A stretch of DNA of 64,000 bases from Lama glama (taxonomy: Eukaryota). The number at the start of each line of letters is the position of its first letter. Within the stretch, counting starts at the first letter, position 1. Below are positions 53,501 through 64,000 of this stretch, one piece after another. Location: the NCBI GenBank assembly GCA_028534125.1, contig CM052816.1:95048001-95112000 (forward strand), in the 5' to 3' direction. Below the pieces are notes generated by a model, which ran no database searches, was not told where the DNA came from, and was given only the letters and a program-made list of their open reading frames with translations. Made by a program: the position numbers and the translations under genes.

Positions 53501-53829
53501 CAGTTTACACTGAGGACAGCACGTTTAAGATGCTCATCAGCAAGCTGGAGGGTCCGAGGGGATGGGCCACTGTGATCAGAGGATGCAGGGCACGTCACCC
53601 CAGGACAGAACAGGGGTGGGTACCCTGGGAAAATGAGGGCTTGAACAGGCCTAGAAACCGTCTGCAAGCATCTGATGATGAGGAAAGAATACGGACACTC
53701 TGGCTACAAAAGGACAACAGAGTGAGACCAACGAGCTAGGGAAGCATGCTGAATAAATGAGAGGGGGCTCTTGTAACAGTTAGAACTTTATGACAATCGA
53801 ATGCATAATAGGGAAAAGCATGGCTGGGC

Positions 53830-54010
53830 CCTCCCCTGCCATCTGCTAGTCGTGAGGTCCTGGACAACTTATCCAATTTCTTGAAGCCTCAGTTTTAGCA
53901 TCTCTAAATTGGGAAACATAATAGCATCTTCTTCAAAGTTTGCTGTGAAGGTTAAAATTGAATAACGCACATCAAACATTTAATAAGCACCCAATAACGT
54001 CAGCTGCGAT
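53830..54010 (+). mobile_element. MIR SINE
   Basis: ctgccatctgctagt...ggacaacttat...gcctcagtttt..catctctaaattggga. Confidence 0.7.
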
Positions 54011-54065
54011 CACTTTATTCTCATGGAATATTCTCAGCATAGCCACCTATGACGTGAAGGGGTCC

Positions 54066-54488
54066 TGTTAGAGGCTGAATTGTGTTCCCCCCCCCAAAGA
54101 GATACGTTAGAGTCCTGACCCCCAGAACCTCAGACTGTGACTTTACCTGGACACAGCATCTTTATGGAGATAATCAAATTGAAATGAGGTCGTTACAGAG
54201 GCCCCCAGTCCAATATGACATCAGAATGTCTTTATAGAAAAGGGAGATTAGGAAACAGACAGACATGGGGGGAGACAATGGGGGGAGACACAGGGAGAAG
54301 ACGGTCGCCTACAAGCCACGGAGAGAGGCCTGGAACTGACCTTTCCGCACAGCCCTCAGAAGGAAACAGCCCCGCAGGTCTCTTGATTTTGCACTTCTGG
54401 CCTCAGCACTCTGAGACAATAAATGCCTGTCTTTTAAGCCCCCTAGCTTGGGGTACTTTGTTACAGCAGCATGGGGCAGACTAAAACA
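54066..54488 (+). mobile_element. MaLR LTR (MLT1B/C-like)
   Basis: tgttagaggctgaattgtgttccccc...tgagacaataaatg...tttgttacagcagc..gactaaaaca. Perfect TSD ggtcc. Confidence 0.9.
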
Positions 54489-54714
54489 GGTCCCCACTCA
54501 CCGAACATGTGTGGCCTCTTGTCGGAGGTGGCGATGGTCACAACCAAACTGTTATCTGTCATAAACGCAGACTCCTGGGTGCCGCCACCAGAGACGGATT
54601 CAACAAGGTCAGGACAGGACCCCAAATCTGTCTTTTAAAAGCATCCCCAAAATATGAGTGATGATTGGTTTAGACCAACTGGATGGACAAGCTTCAAAGT
54701 ATTCTTTACCTAAA

Positions 54715-54838
54715 ATGGAAAATGATCTCAAAATAATACATATATAGATGGATATGGATAACTGAATCACTTTGCTATATACTTGAAACTAGCACAGCAT
54801 TGTAAATCAACTGTACTTCGATTTAAAAAAATAATAAA
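54715..54838 (+). mobile_element. Short L1 3' terminus
   Basis: ataactgaatcactttgctatatacttgaaactagcacagcattgtaaatcaactgtacttc, then an A tail. Confidence 0.8.
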
Positions 54839-56599
54839 ACACACACACATTCTTTAGCTGTGTTTACTACCCACATGAAGCAAACACGAGAAAGAAGGTG
54901 TGTGTGCACACGAGTGTGTCTGCATGGATGTCCAGGTGTCCGTGTCTGTGTTATTCTAAGCGTAGGACCTAATTCAGAAAGTATCTTCATTTCAAGATTC
55001 TGCAGATGAAAATGAGAGAAGAAAGATAAAGAATACAAGTTGAACTGGTTTGTCTTTTCCAGAATCAGCTTCCCTCCAGATCCAAGCAGCCCTGACAGCA
55101 GAGTCCCGCCCCCGCTGCCCGGAAGCTCCAGCTGACAGTCACGGAGCGGCCCCTGGAGCAGGTGGTCACCCAAGCAGCTGCCGGGGTTCCTAGCGGCAGT
55201 GGGGCTGCGCGGATCCGGCTGGGGCGACGCCGGGGCAGCTGCAGCTGTTCCTGGCCCGTTGCTCACAGCTTCTCGGCCAGACAGCAGGTGCGGGGAGCTG
55301 CCAGCGCTCGGGGACTGCTCCCCCGAGTGAAGATGGAGCAAAGTGTAGATTTTTGCGAAGTCCAAACTCATATTTGTGATACGCCATAGTTTCATTTACA
55401 AAGAAAGAAATAGCAGCTCAATACAAAGCGGGCATTTTCTGCTGTTTTGTTTTGTATAAACACTGGCCGGTGCATATACATGAGGCCGTTTTCCTCAATG
55501 AGCTATGACATGAGGTCTGTGCATAAAAATAGGTGAGGACCCACCTGAAACGTCTTGCCAAGCCCCAGAGCAACGTGCTAGCCTCCGAATCCATGGGATA
55601 CGTGTAGGAAGACCTGAAATTACCTGGTCTTTTCCCTTGGCCGCCCTCATCGTGAACTTCCACCTAATCAGCTAGAACAGCAATACCGCTCATGTCCTTT
55701 AGTTGATGAGACAACAAAGGGACATTGTGCTGGCTGTAGAGATCCCATCTGCTTGGAAGATACAGGTAACATAAGTAAAAGAAAAAGCTCATGGCAGTAC
55801 TTACTAATCTAAAGAGAAGGGAGAGAAGAGGCCGGGTCATGAAGATTTTTCAGGTGTGGGTGCCTGGAAGCAAGGATCAGGACTGTCACAAGTTCAAGGA
55901 TGTATGAGGGAATCTCATTGCTCCTAATTCGTCCCCGTATCCAGGGAAATGCATTATTCCAAACGGCGGACTAAAGGCTCCCTTCCATTTCATCATTCGC
56001 ACTGCATTTCAGAAATCCCAAACATTTAAACTCAGTGTGCCCACATGCAGGTTTGTTTCCTCTCTGGAGGAGGGCGATGCTGGACAAGTCAGCAGCCTAA
56101 GAGGCGGTGTCACAACTTACCTGCAGCAGGAGGGGCACAGCCGTCTCCCTCCCTTTCTCGTGTCTTCCACGGGGAATCTGTAAATCAGCCCATCCACAGC
56201 CTCCTTGGGATGATGTGGGGAGCTGCCTGTGATCACAGAGCACTAATACACATGATCAGTCAATGTCTTCTCAACTGTGATCAAAAATTAATTTAAAGAG
56301 ATTCAACTTTTAAAAGGGACATTGATGTGATGTTCATAAATCAATGAGCTAAATATTAGCCCCCGTAAGTGTTATAAACTCAGTTAATGATCCTTTCTGC
56401 GGTGAACACAATTCTTAATCATTAATGCCATCACACACAGTTTCTCTTAAAATGCCGCAGCCAGTGCATCTCAGTAGGCAACTGTCACCTTCCTAGCAAT
56501 CGCGAGAAAAAACAAGGAGACATCAGGAATTCAAAACCTGCTTCGGGGTTCTGACTTCCTGGTAGTTTCCCTAAAAATTACAGGAAAAAATTATATGTT

Positions 56600-56774
56600 C
56601 AGTGGTTCTCCAACTTTAGCGTGGATCAGAATCTCCTGGGGAACTCACTAAACTGCCCCACCCCAGAGTTTCTGATCGAGTGGATCTAGAGGAGGGAGGG
56701 AGCTTCCATTTCTTTCCAAGGTCTCAGGTGATGTAGTTGCTACTGGTCCAGGGACCACACTTTGAGGACCATTG
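56600..56774. mobile_element. MER5A-like hAT MITE
   Basis: cagtggttctccaactttagcgtg..tcagaatc...ggtccagggaccacactttgaggaccattg with inverted termini. Confidence 0.8.
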
Positions 56775-56779
56775 TTCTA

Positions 56780-56993
56780 AAGGAGTCTGCCGACTTTCTG
56801 TAAAGGGTTAAATAATAAATATTTGGGCTCTGAGCCCCTACCAGATCTGCTGCAGCTACTTGAGTCTGCCACTGCAGCATGAAAGCATTGCAGACAACAC
56901 GTAGATGAATGCACGTAGCTGCCTGTCAGTAAAATTTTATTTAAAAAACCAGTGGCTGGACTTGGTTCATGGGCTGTAGTTTGTCCACCCCTG
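56780..56993. mobile_element. MER58A-like hAT MITE
   Basis: tttctgtaaaggg...aaatatttgggct...aattttattta...gggctgtagtttgtccacccctg. Confidence 0.75.
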
Positions 56994-58446
56994 CTCCAGA
57001 GGGGGAAGGATGCTCGCTACCAGACCTGCCCTGGACCCTGGGGTCTGGGCAACCCCTGAAAGGGATAAAGTGCGTGCAAGACAGTCCCTCCAGCCGCGAA
57101 GTTTCTTCCTGAAGGGACTTGCCTGACATAAACAGAGAACCAGAAATACCACGACACCTGAATTTTCTCTTTTAAAATGTGTCCCAAGGAACTCTTTATT
57201 CGGTATTTGTGCAGAAACAACACAGCGTATTAACATCACAGAGACTGGGGAGTGAGACTGTGTTTCAGTTTGTTTCAGAGGAGACTATCAGAAGCCTGTG
57301 TCTGTCACTTGTCACCACACACAATCTCAGCCTCCAGTCATCTAGAATAAAAGCGCTAAGAAAGCTGAGGACTTACCTTCAATTTCTAGAAAAGTGTCTG
57401 GCACAGGGTAGGTCCTCAAAAGCATCCATTGAATAAAATAAAGTCTTGAAGCTAATTAACCCCTTCCTAGTCTTCAGATTTCTAGACTGACCCTCAGAGT
57501 GGGGTAGCTAACGGTGCCTCCGACCTCCTGTCATTATAACCATAGGGTGGTAAGAAGGACAGGGGCTCCAAGAGGGAGGCTTGGGGCCAGCATACGTCTA
57601 TCAGGACCACCTCGTGGGACGGGTTGATAAAGACGGGGTTCCTTTTTGTCTCTCAGCTGCTGGGCTCTCAAGGACCACTCAGTTCCCCAGCCATGCACGT
57701 GAAAGCTGGAAATGTTGGGAAAGAGCCCCAGGGAGAAAGCAGAGAGCCTAGGGCAGTCGATGGAGAGCCTGGAGTGAACACTGTGTCTCATGGGACAGGC
57801 AGATTTCAGCATTAGAAAGGCCGGCAGGGCAGTGTCAGAAAAGGGGTGGCTGTGGGGAGAAGGGGGAAGAGCAAAACTTCCATGTGTGTCATGAACCCAT
57901 TAGAGGAGGTGCTTTTTATTTACATGCAGTCTGCAAGTGTGAAAGGAGAAAAACGAGACCTCGGGGTCTGAGAATCTTCCAACAAGTGAAAGATTTTCTA
58001 CAAGATATATAATCCATGGCAGAGTGTTAAATTGATAGAAGGCCAGCGAGGTCATTTTGCAGCCTGAGTTATAAACGGTAGGTATGATTTTTGAACTAAC
58101 ACTGTTTCTTACTGGGTGCAGGTTTAGGACCTGATGCAATTCTCTTAAACATGTTTTACAACTTGGTGTTAGACAAAGGATGAGGTTAAAGGAGAACATT
58201 CCCCAGGGAGTAAACAGTGGGTAACAGGAGTGTCCTTATCTCTTGTCATCAAATTCCAGAAAACCCAGACAGAGAGGATCAGTAACGTTGTATGATGGAT
58301 AACAGAGCCTCGTCAAATTTATGCTACTTGAGATCTTCTCAGCCTGATTAGTCAGTTAACAGAGCTCCTCCTTTGTTTAGCTCACTGGTTGTAAATGTCC
58401 CATCCACTCCAGCTGACTTATCAGCACCCAGAAAGGTCACTGAGAG

Positions 58447-58908
58447 TGTAAAACAAAGAATGTTGCCCACCACCCAGTTCTACAAGGACCAAGACATCAG
58501 CCACTGCAGTCACTGAACAACAGAGCCCCCTGAAAGGAACTCAGGGCAAAAAACAGGATGGGGCTCCCTGTCCTTCAGGAAAACAAGACCCTCAGATAGT
58601 TAGATGTATATTTCGGGGAGAATTTTCATGAACCCCCCTCCTTGCATCTTCTCATATGCAGAAAAGCACTAAAATCATTAACTGAGGTATCTGTTCCCGG
58701 TGACTAGCAGTTATCTTTTCCTGAGTGTGTGCTTGACTGCATGTATTCCCCAGCCAAAACTCAGGTGCATACTGGCTTCTCCCCCATCTCCTCAGTGCAG
58801 TCCCCTCCGAGCTGCTGAGGGGCTGTTCTTGGGCCACAGTCCTCAGTTAGGTCCCTGAATAAAACTGAAGCTCACAACTCAAGCTGTGCATTTTGCTTTC
58901 CATCAACA
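58447..58908 (+). mobile_element. ERV1-type solo LTR
   Basis: TGTAAAAC...TCAACA termini, perfect 4-bp TSD agag at 58443-58446 and 58909-58912, aataaa at ~58858. Confidence 0.88.
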
Positions 58909-58968
58909 AGAGCACAGAACCTAAGTTCAAGCGGTCTGAGGATGTCGCACGCTCTCTGAATCGAATCT

Positions 58969-59088
58969 GTTTTTGAGGGGTGGGGTGGGGAGGCAGTTAG
59001 GTTTACTTATTTATTTTTTAACGGAAGTATTGGGCATTGAACCCAGTCCCTCACGTGCGCTAAGCACAGCCTCTACCTGTACCCGCCT
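58969..59088 (-). mobile_element. tRNA-Ala-derived SINE (vic-1-like), A box deleted
   Basis: ttgaacccag...gctaagcac and tail ttaggtttacttatttattttt. TSD tgaatcgaa(t/c)ct at 58957-58968 and 59089-59100. Confidence 0.85.
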
Positions 59089-59138
59089 TGAATCGAACCT
59101 TGGGTGGAGAGCCAGTGACTGAGAACAGCTGTGCTTCG

Positions 59139-59362
59139 TGTATTAGTCAGGGTTCTCCAGAGAAACAGAACCCACAGGGGATGTAGCTACATCTATTCCC
59201 ATATCCATATGCATATCCAAGTCTATCTAGATGGACTGAGAGAGAGAGAGGAACAGAGTTCTTTTAAGGGACTGGCTCATGTAATCATGGGGGCTGACAA
59301 CTCTGCAGGGTTCCAACTTATTAAAAAATGCAATTTTTTATTTCTCTCTCTATATATATACA

Positions 59363-59420
<58 letters not shown>

Positions 59421-59744
59421 CCCACACATATTTATAAATAAGAAATCTGCAGGGTAGACCAGCAATCTGGAGACCCAGGGAAGAACTACAGTCCAAGTTT
59501 GAAGGTGGTCTGTCTGCTGGCAGAATTCCTTCTTCTTCCGAGGTCAGTCTCTTTTCTATTAAGGACTTCAGCTGGTAGGATGAGGCCCATTCACATTATG
59601 AAAGGTAACCTGCTTTGCTCAGAGTGTACTGATTTAAACAGTAACCTCATTTTAAAGATGCCTTCACAGAAATATCTAGAAAAATGTTAGAAAAATCTGG
59701 GTGCTGTGGCCTAGCCAAGTAGACACACAAAATGAATGATGGCA
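59139..59744 (-). mobile_element. MLT2-type ERVL LTR
   Basis: tgtattagtcagggttctccagagaaacagaacc...ctggctcatgtaatcatgg...gcctagccaagtagacac. Interrupted by a (CT)/(TA)/(CA) compound repeat at 59343-59420. Confidence 0.85.
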
Positions 59745-60819
59745 GGGAGTCCTCCTCCGGCAACATTTTAGAGACAGAAGATCAGTTATTGGTATTTCTA
59801 GAGCCTCCGTGTTCCTTCCTGAGGCCACAGGAGCCCTCTCCTTAATTCCAGGAATTCTTCCAGGATTCTGCAATATTCTAATAAATACTCAAAGCTGGTT
59901 TCTCTTTCTGGAAAAAAAAAAGGTGGGGGGAGGAGAGAAGTTTGGGGAGGGGGGATGAGAGGAGAAGAAGGAAGAATAGCATCCTTAAGAGACAGGGGAA
60001 CAGTAAAGAAGCCAAACCCAAGCCCCGCCCAGCGGTTCCTCCACCTTATTGTGTCCCATGTCACGTCAGGTTTTACCTCTTCTGGGCGCCCTGCAAGGAC
60101 CAGCTTAAGCGTAGCTTTTCTTTACCCGACACTCCACAGCTCTTTGTTAAGGAGATGAATAGTCATGTTCTAAGACTCCAGCAAGCTACTGAAGCTTCTA
60201 TATTTTCTTTTATCTTTTCCATGACCAATGGCAATTTACTAATTTATGTCAGTGAACAGCTCTGAATGGCGCCCCAGAGGGTCCCTCCAAACTTGAAAAA
60301 TGGGCTTGGGATTTGTTCTTATCTGGATTAACAGCCATCGTGTTTCCCAAGCTCGGACCTTTTCCTAAAAATTGAGCAAGAACAGAGCTGGCTTTTCTGC
60401 AAACACGGTAAGAACTAGGATGCTGACTGAAGTCATGATTTTCAGCCTTCTATAGGCGGCAAAGTCACACACAGACACTTCAGCCTGAATGGAATAATTA
60501 ATCAATTATGTGAAATCACTTGGACGAGAAAAAAAATAAACGATGGCTTAAAAAGAAACCCAGATAATTTCAGCAGGGAAAATAGGCTTTAAATTTGTAA
60601 AGGAAATTATTTGCCATCTCTAAGCCCAGCGCTGTGAGCGAGAATAAAACCGAGATGGGAAGAGCCCAAAGATTATCTTCCAGCATCATGGCCAGGTATG
60701 TGCTTATTAATATAGACTCTTGTCAATTATCAGGCAGCTTCAGAGTTATGATATCAAAATTGTAGCCTGTGTACACACTGATTCCTAACGAAGAGCTGAA
60801 CTCACAAACAAATTAACTT

Positions 60820-61030
60820 AAGTCAATAAAATAACCATATTTAAAACCCCTTCTATCAGTGAGGTGATCAAAGTTAATATCTTCAGTGATGATTGATAGC
60901 ATGTACCCTTGATGAAAATGTGATGAAAATGGCACTTCACTTCTATAGCCTTCTTTCCCAAGACCCATAACCCCTGTTTAACAGTGAGAGAAACATCAGA
61001 CAAACATAAAGTGAGGGACAATTTATGAGA
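60820..61030 (+). mobile_element. L1MC-like 3'UTR fragment
   Basis: aggtgatcaaagttaatatc...gatagcatgtacccttgat...gcacttcacttct...cccataacccc. Confidence 0.65.
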
Positions 61031-61308
61031 TAGTTTAAAAAAAAATCCTTATCTATTTTTTTCTGGAAGCCTGGAGGGACAAACAAAGAGTAGTGGTAGT
61101 CTAATGCTGGTGGCTGGATTATTGGGAAGCTGTTATTTAGGTTTTCCAAAGTATATACATTGTATTCATAGAAAGTATTTCCTGAAAGTAGTCAAAACAT
61201 TCATATGGTCTACCGAGAGAGGGCATAACGTGCAGCTTTGGCAGGAAAAACATGGCCAACAACTTTGTGTTTGAGACTTTTGCCGTTCCTCACTTAAAAG
61301 CCTGTGAA

Positions 61309-62016
61309 TTGTGTTTTCCAGTTCTGTTGGAAATGCCATTACAATTTTGATGGGAATTGCATCGAATCCACAGGTCACTTCGTGTAGTGTGGACATCTTA
61401 ATATTGATCCCTCTAATCCATGAACGTGGGATATCTTTCTATTTGTTTGTGTCATTCGATTTCTTTCATGAAAGTCTCATACTTTTCATTGTACAGATCT
61501 TTTGCTTCCTTGGTTAAATTTATCCCTAAGTATTTTATTGTTTTTGATGGTATTTTGAATAGGATAGATCTGAAAAGCATTATGCTAAGTGAGATAATTC
61601 AAACAGAGAAAGACAATTACTGTATGATATCACTTATATGTGGTCTTTAAAAAAAGGTGAACTCATAAAAACTGAGAGTAGAATTGGTGGTTACCAGGGG
61701 CTGGCAGTGGGGGGATAGGGGATGGGACAGACGTTTAATGTACAAGCTTGGAACTAGTATATAAATAAGTCTCAGAGATCTAATGCATAGGATAGTGATT
61801 ACAGTCCACAATACTGTACTATAAACTTCAGAGTTGCTAAGAGACTAGATTTTAACTGTTCTCACCACAAAAAAAGAAATGATAACTATGTGGCATGTTA
61901 GAGATGTTAGCTAATGCTAAGGTGGTGATCATATTGCATGTATAAATGTATGACATTGACACACTCTACATCTTAAATTCATATAATGTTATATATCAAT
62001 TACAGCTCAATTTTTT
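61309..62016 (+). mobile_element. Twin-primed (5'-inverted) L1MA-like insertion with TSD
   Basis: 61309-~61563 is antisense ORF2 and ~61564-62010 is sense 3' end. TSD aagcctgtgaa at 61298-61308 and 62017-62027. TT/AAAA endonuclease site at 61294-61299. Confidence 0.88.
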
Positions 62017-62429
62017 AAGCCTGTGAAAGCAGCCCTTTTGAAAAATGATGTCAACAACACTATCAAAACTCTAAAATTGCTCAAACTGCCTATTTGAAGA
62101 CAAACAGCACAGCATGTAAGCTTTGTGGATCCAGAAACAGCTGTGGTGAGTGGGGAAGCTCAGACAGTGGGGGCTGCTGTGGTCATTCTGGAGGCCAACC
62201 TCGTGCCTCCCTCCCATCTGACCCAGCTGGCCCAGCGCCAGTGAGTCAGCCTGGAAGAGGCGAGCCCCTGAGCGTCCACCTGCTGCCCTGGGCCACTGCT
62301 GGGGCAATACCACCTGGCATCTCAGTCCTAGCCAGTTGTAAGGCTGACGTCACCACTGGCTACAGTGCGGTAGTTGTTTTTTAATCCAAATATTTTTTAT
62401 TCTTATTCTTAAATAAGTGTCTAAAGAAT

Positions 62430-62668
62430 GGCAGTTGTGAAAGTGTGGTCCGGTGAACCCTGGAAATTCTCTAGACTCATTCAAGCGGTCTATGAGGTCA
62501 AAACTTTTTTCTTAAAGTAATACTGAAATGTTATTTGCTTTTTTCCACTCTTATTCTCTCAAGCATACAAGGAAATTTTCCAGAGCCTACATGATGTGAT
62601 GTTGCAAGAGACTGAATGCGGAGGCAGAGGTGAGAATCCAGCTGTCGTTCTTCAGCCGGACCTTAAAC
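62430..62668. mobile_element. hAT-Charlie fragment
   Basis: aaagtgtggtcc...gaggtcaaaact...gagaatccagctgtcgttct..agccggaccttaaa resembles Charlie-family sequence. Confidence 0.6.
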
Positions 62669-64000
62669 CTTACACCTGACCTTCCAGTCCTCTGTTACCT
62701 TTCCACGCATATCCCACCCCCAAGTCAGAGCGGACAAATCACTGTCTTGGCACGTGAACTGCTATCGTCCTTCTGTGCTTCTCTGCTTCTCCTCTGTGTG
62801 GAACGCCCTCCTCCCACCTCCTGTCAACCAGAAAGGCTCAGTTCCCTACTCCCCATCCCTGAAAACCTGCTCATTACCACCATTCCTACCCACCCACAAG
62901 CCAGTGGGAGTCTCCTTTCTGTTCTAGAACATTCATCATCTGCCTTGTATTTGAAAATAAACGTGTACTTGGCTGCTTCTCTAAAATCTCTAACAAGGAA
63001 TGTGCTTTGGGTGGACTTGTGTTTACTCCTTTAAAGTTGACCACGCGTTTTCAAACGCTCACACGTACACCTCCTGTGAACGAGCTAGAGGCTGGGCTGC
63101 CACCCCCACTTTCAGGTGAGGGTGCCGGGACTCGGGGCGAATGGCGCTTCCCCGATGTTGCACATCTAATGTGTAATCGGGCTGAGTCGAGAGACCTCGG
63201 TGGAAAGACCCCAAGACCAGTGCTCAGTCATTTATAGATTCCCCTTCTCAGACTGACCCCACGTGGAGAGCTGAACAGAGACGCCTGGGCCGGAAGAGGC
63301 AGGAGTAACACCTCAATGTCCTTCTGCTAGTCGCCTGTCATTTAAGCTCTCTAAGTACCGCATATTCGCATCGGAAGGGCCTTTCACACACACACAAAAA
63401 TTAACAGGGAGAAGGGTTTAAAAAAAAAGTCCTAATACCACTGAATCCTTAATAGATTTAAGAAAAAGAAAGAAAGAAAGAAAAAAAATAGCTACCAAAA
63501 TTCGTTGTTCCTCAATTTCTGACTTCAGACTCCCTTGAGATGATTTTATCTTGCGAAAAGCATCTTTATTCTTGATTCCTTTGTCATGTTTATTTTTCAA
63601 ACTTATAGCAATTCATATACCCTTGTAAGAAATGTTACACAAGGAGATAAATGCTAAGACACAATATTGAATAACTATTTGAATTCCTGCGTAAGATCCA
63701 TGTTATTGCCTCCAGTATGGAACCATAATCACAGAACGTGGAAATGGCTTGCACAAGGTCGAGTAACGACTCAGTGTAAGAGCCAGAAATAAAATTATCC
63801 CTACCCTCCACCCCCATTTCTCTGCTGAAATACACTTTTCATAAATAACCCCGGCAGCATTTGCAATTCTGTGGGAAATCAGTATTCACGGTTGCAGCGC
63901 CCCCATCTTTTTTGCAGTTTCTATTTTCTAACTTCCAAATAAAGATAAGAGGACAATTTTGCCATGATTCAGCCTGGTTATTTTTTTCCTTCAAATATCC

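Noticed and set aside
54570..54582. gactcctgggtg, which could encode the CTNND2 terminal DSWV
   Set aside because: Not followed by a stop codon, and the upstream codons do not match the CTNND2 last exon. It lies in MER5-like sequence.
50829..55395. 190-210 aa minus-strand ORFs (50829-51437, 53035-53667, 54823-55395)
   Set aside because: No recognisable protein family or coherent exon structure. Such ORFs are expected by chance in GC-rich mammalian DNA.

Overview
Mammalian genomic DNA, largely non-coding and rich in repeats. The host is probably a camelid, because eight copies of a tRNA-Ala-derived SINE resemble vic-1. One protein-coding exon is clearly recognisable: a 127-bp internal + strand exon of CTNND2 (delta-catenin) at 5254-5380, with canonical splice sites. 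There are two assembly gaps, 500 N at 7910-8409 and 100 N at 48497-48596. I could not find the remaining 3' exons of CTNND2 on either strand, so the first gap probably hides many kb or joins unrelated sequence. The rest of the window holds L1, L2 and MIR fragments, MaLR/ERVL LTRs, ERV1-type solo LTRs with intact TSDs, hAT and Tigger fossils, and microsatellites. Repeat family names come from recalled consensus sequences, not from a search. I found no convincing new multi-gene biological system. The best leads are the broken CTNND2 locus, a palindromic double CTCF-like motif, an E-box-dense CpG patch, a chimeric deleted L1, three twin-primed L1s and some candidate unannotated exons.
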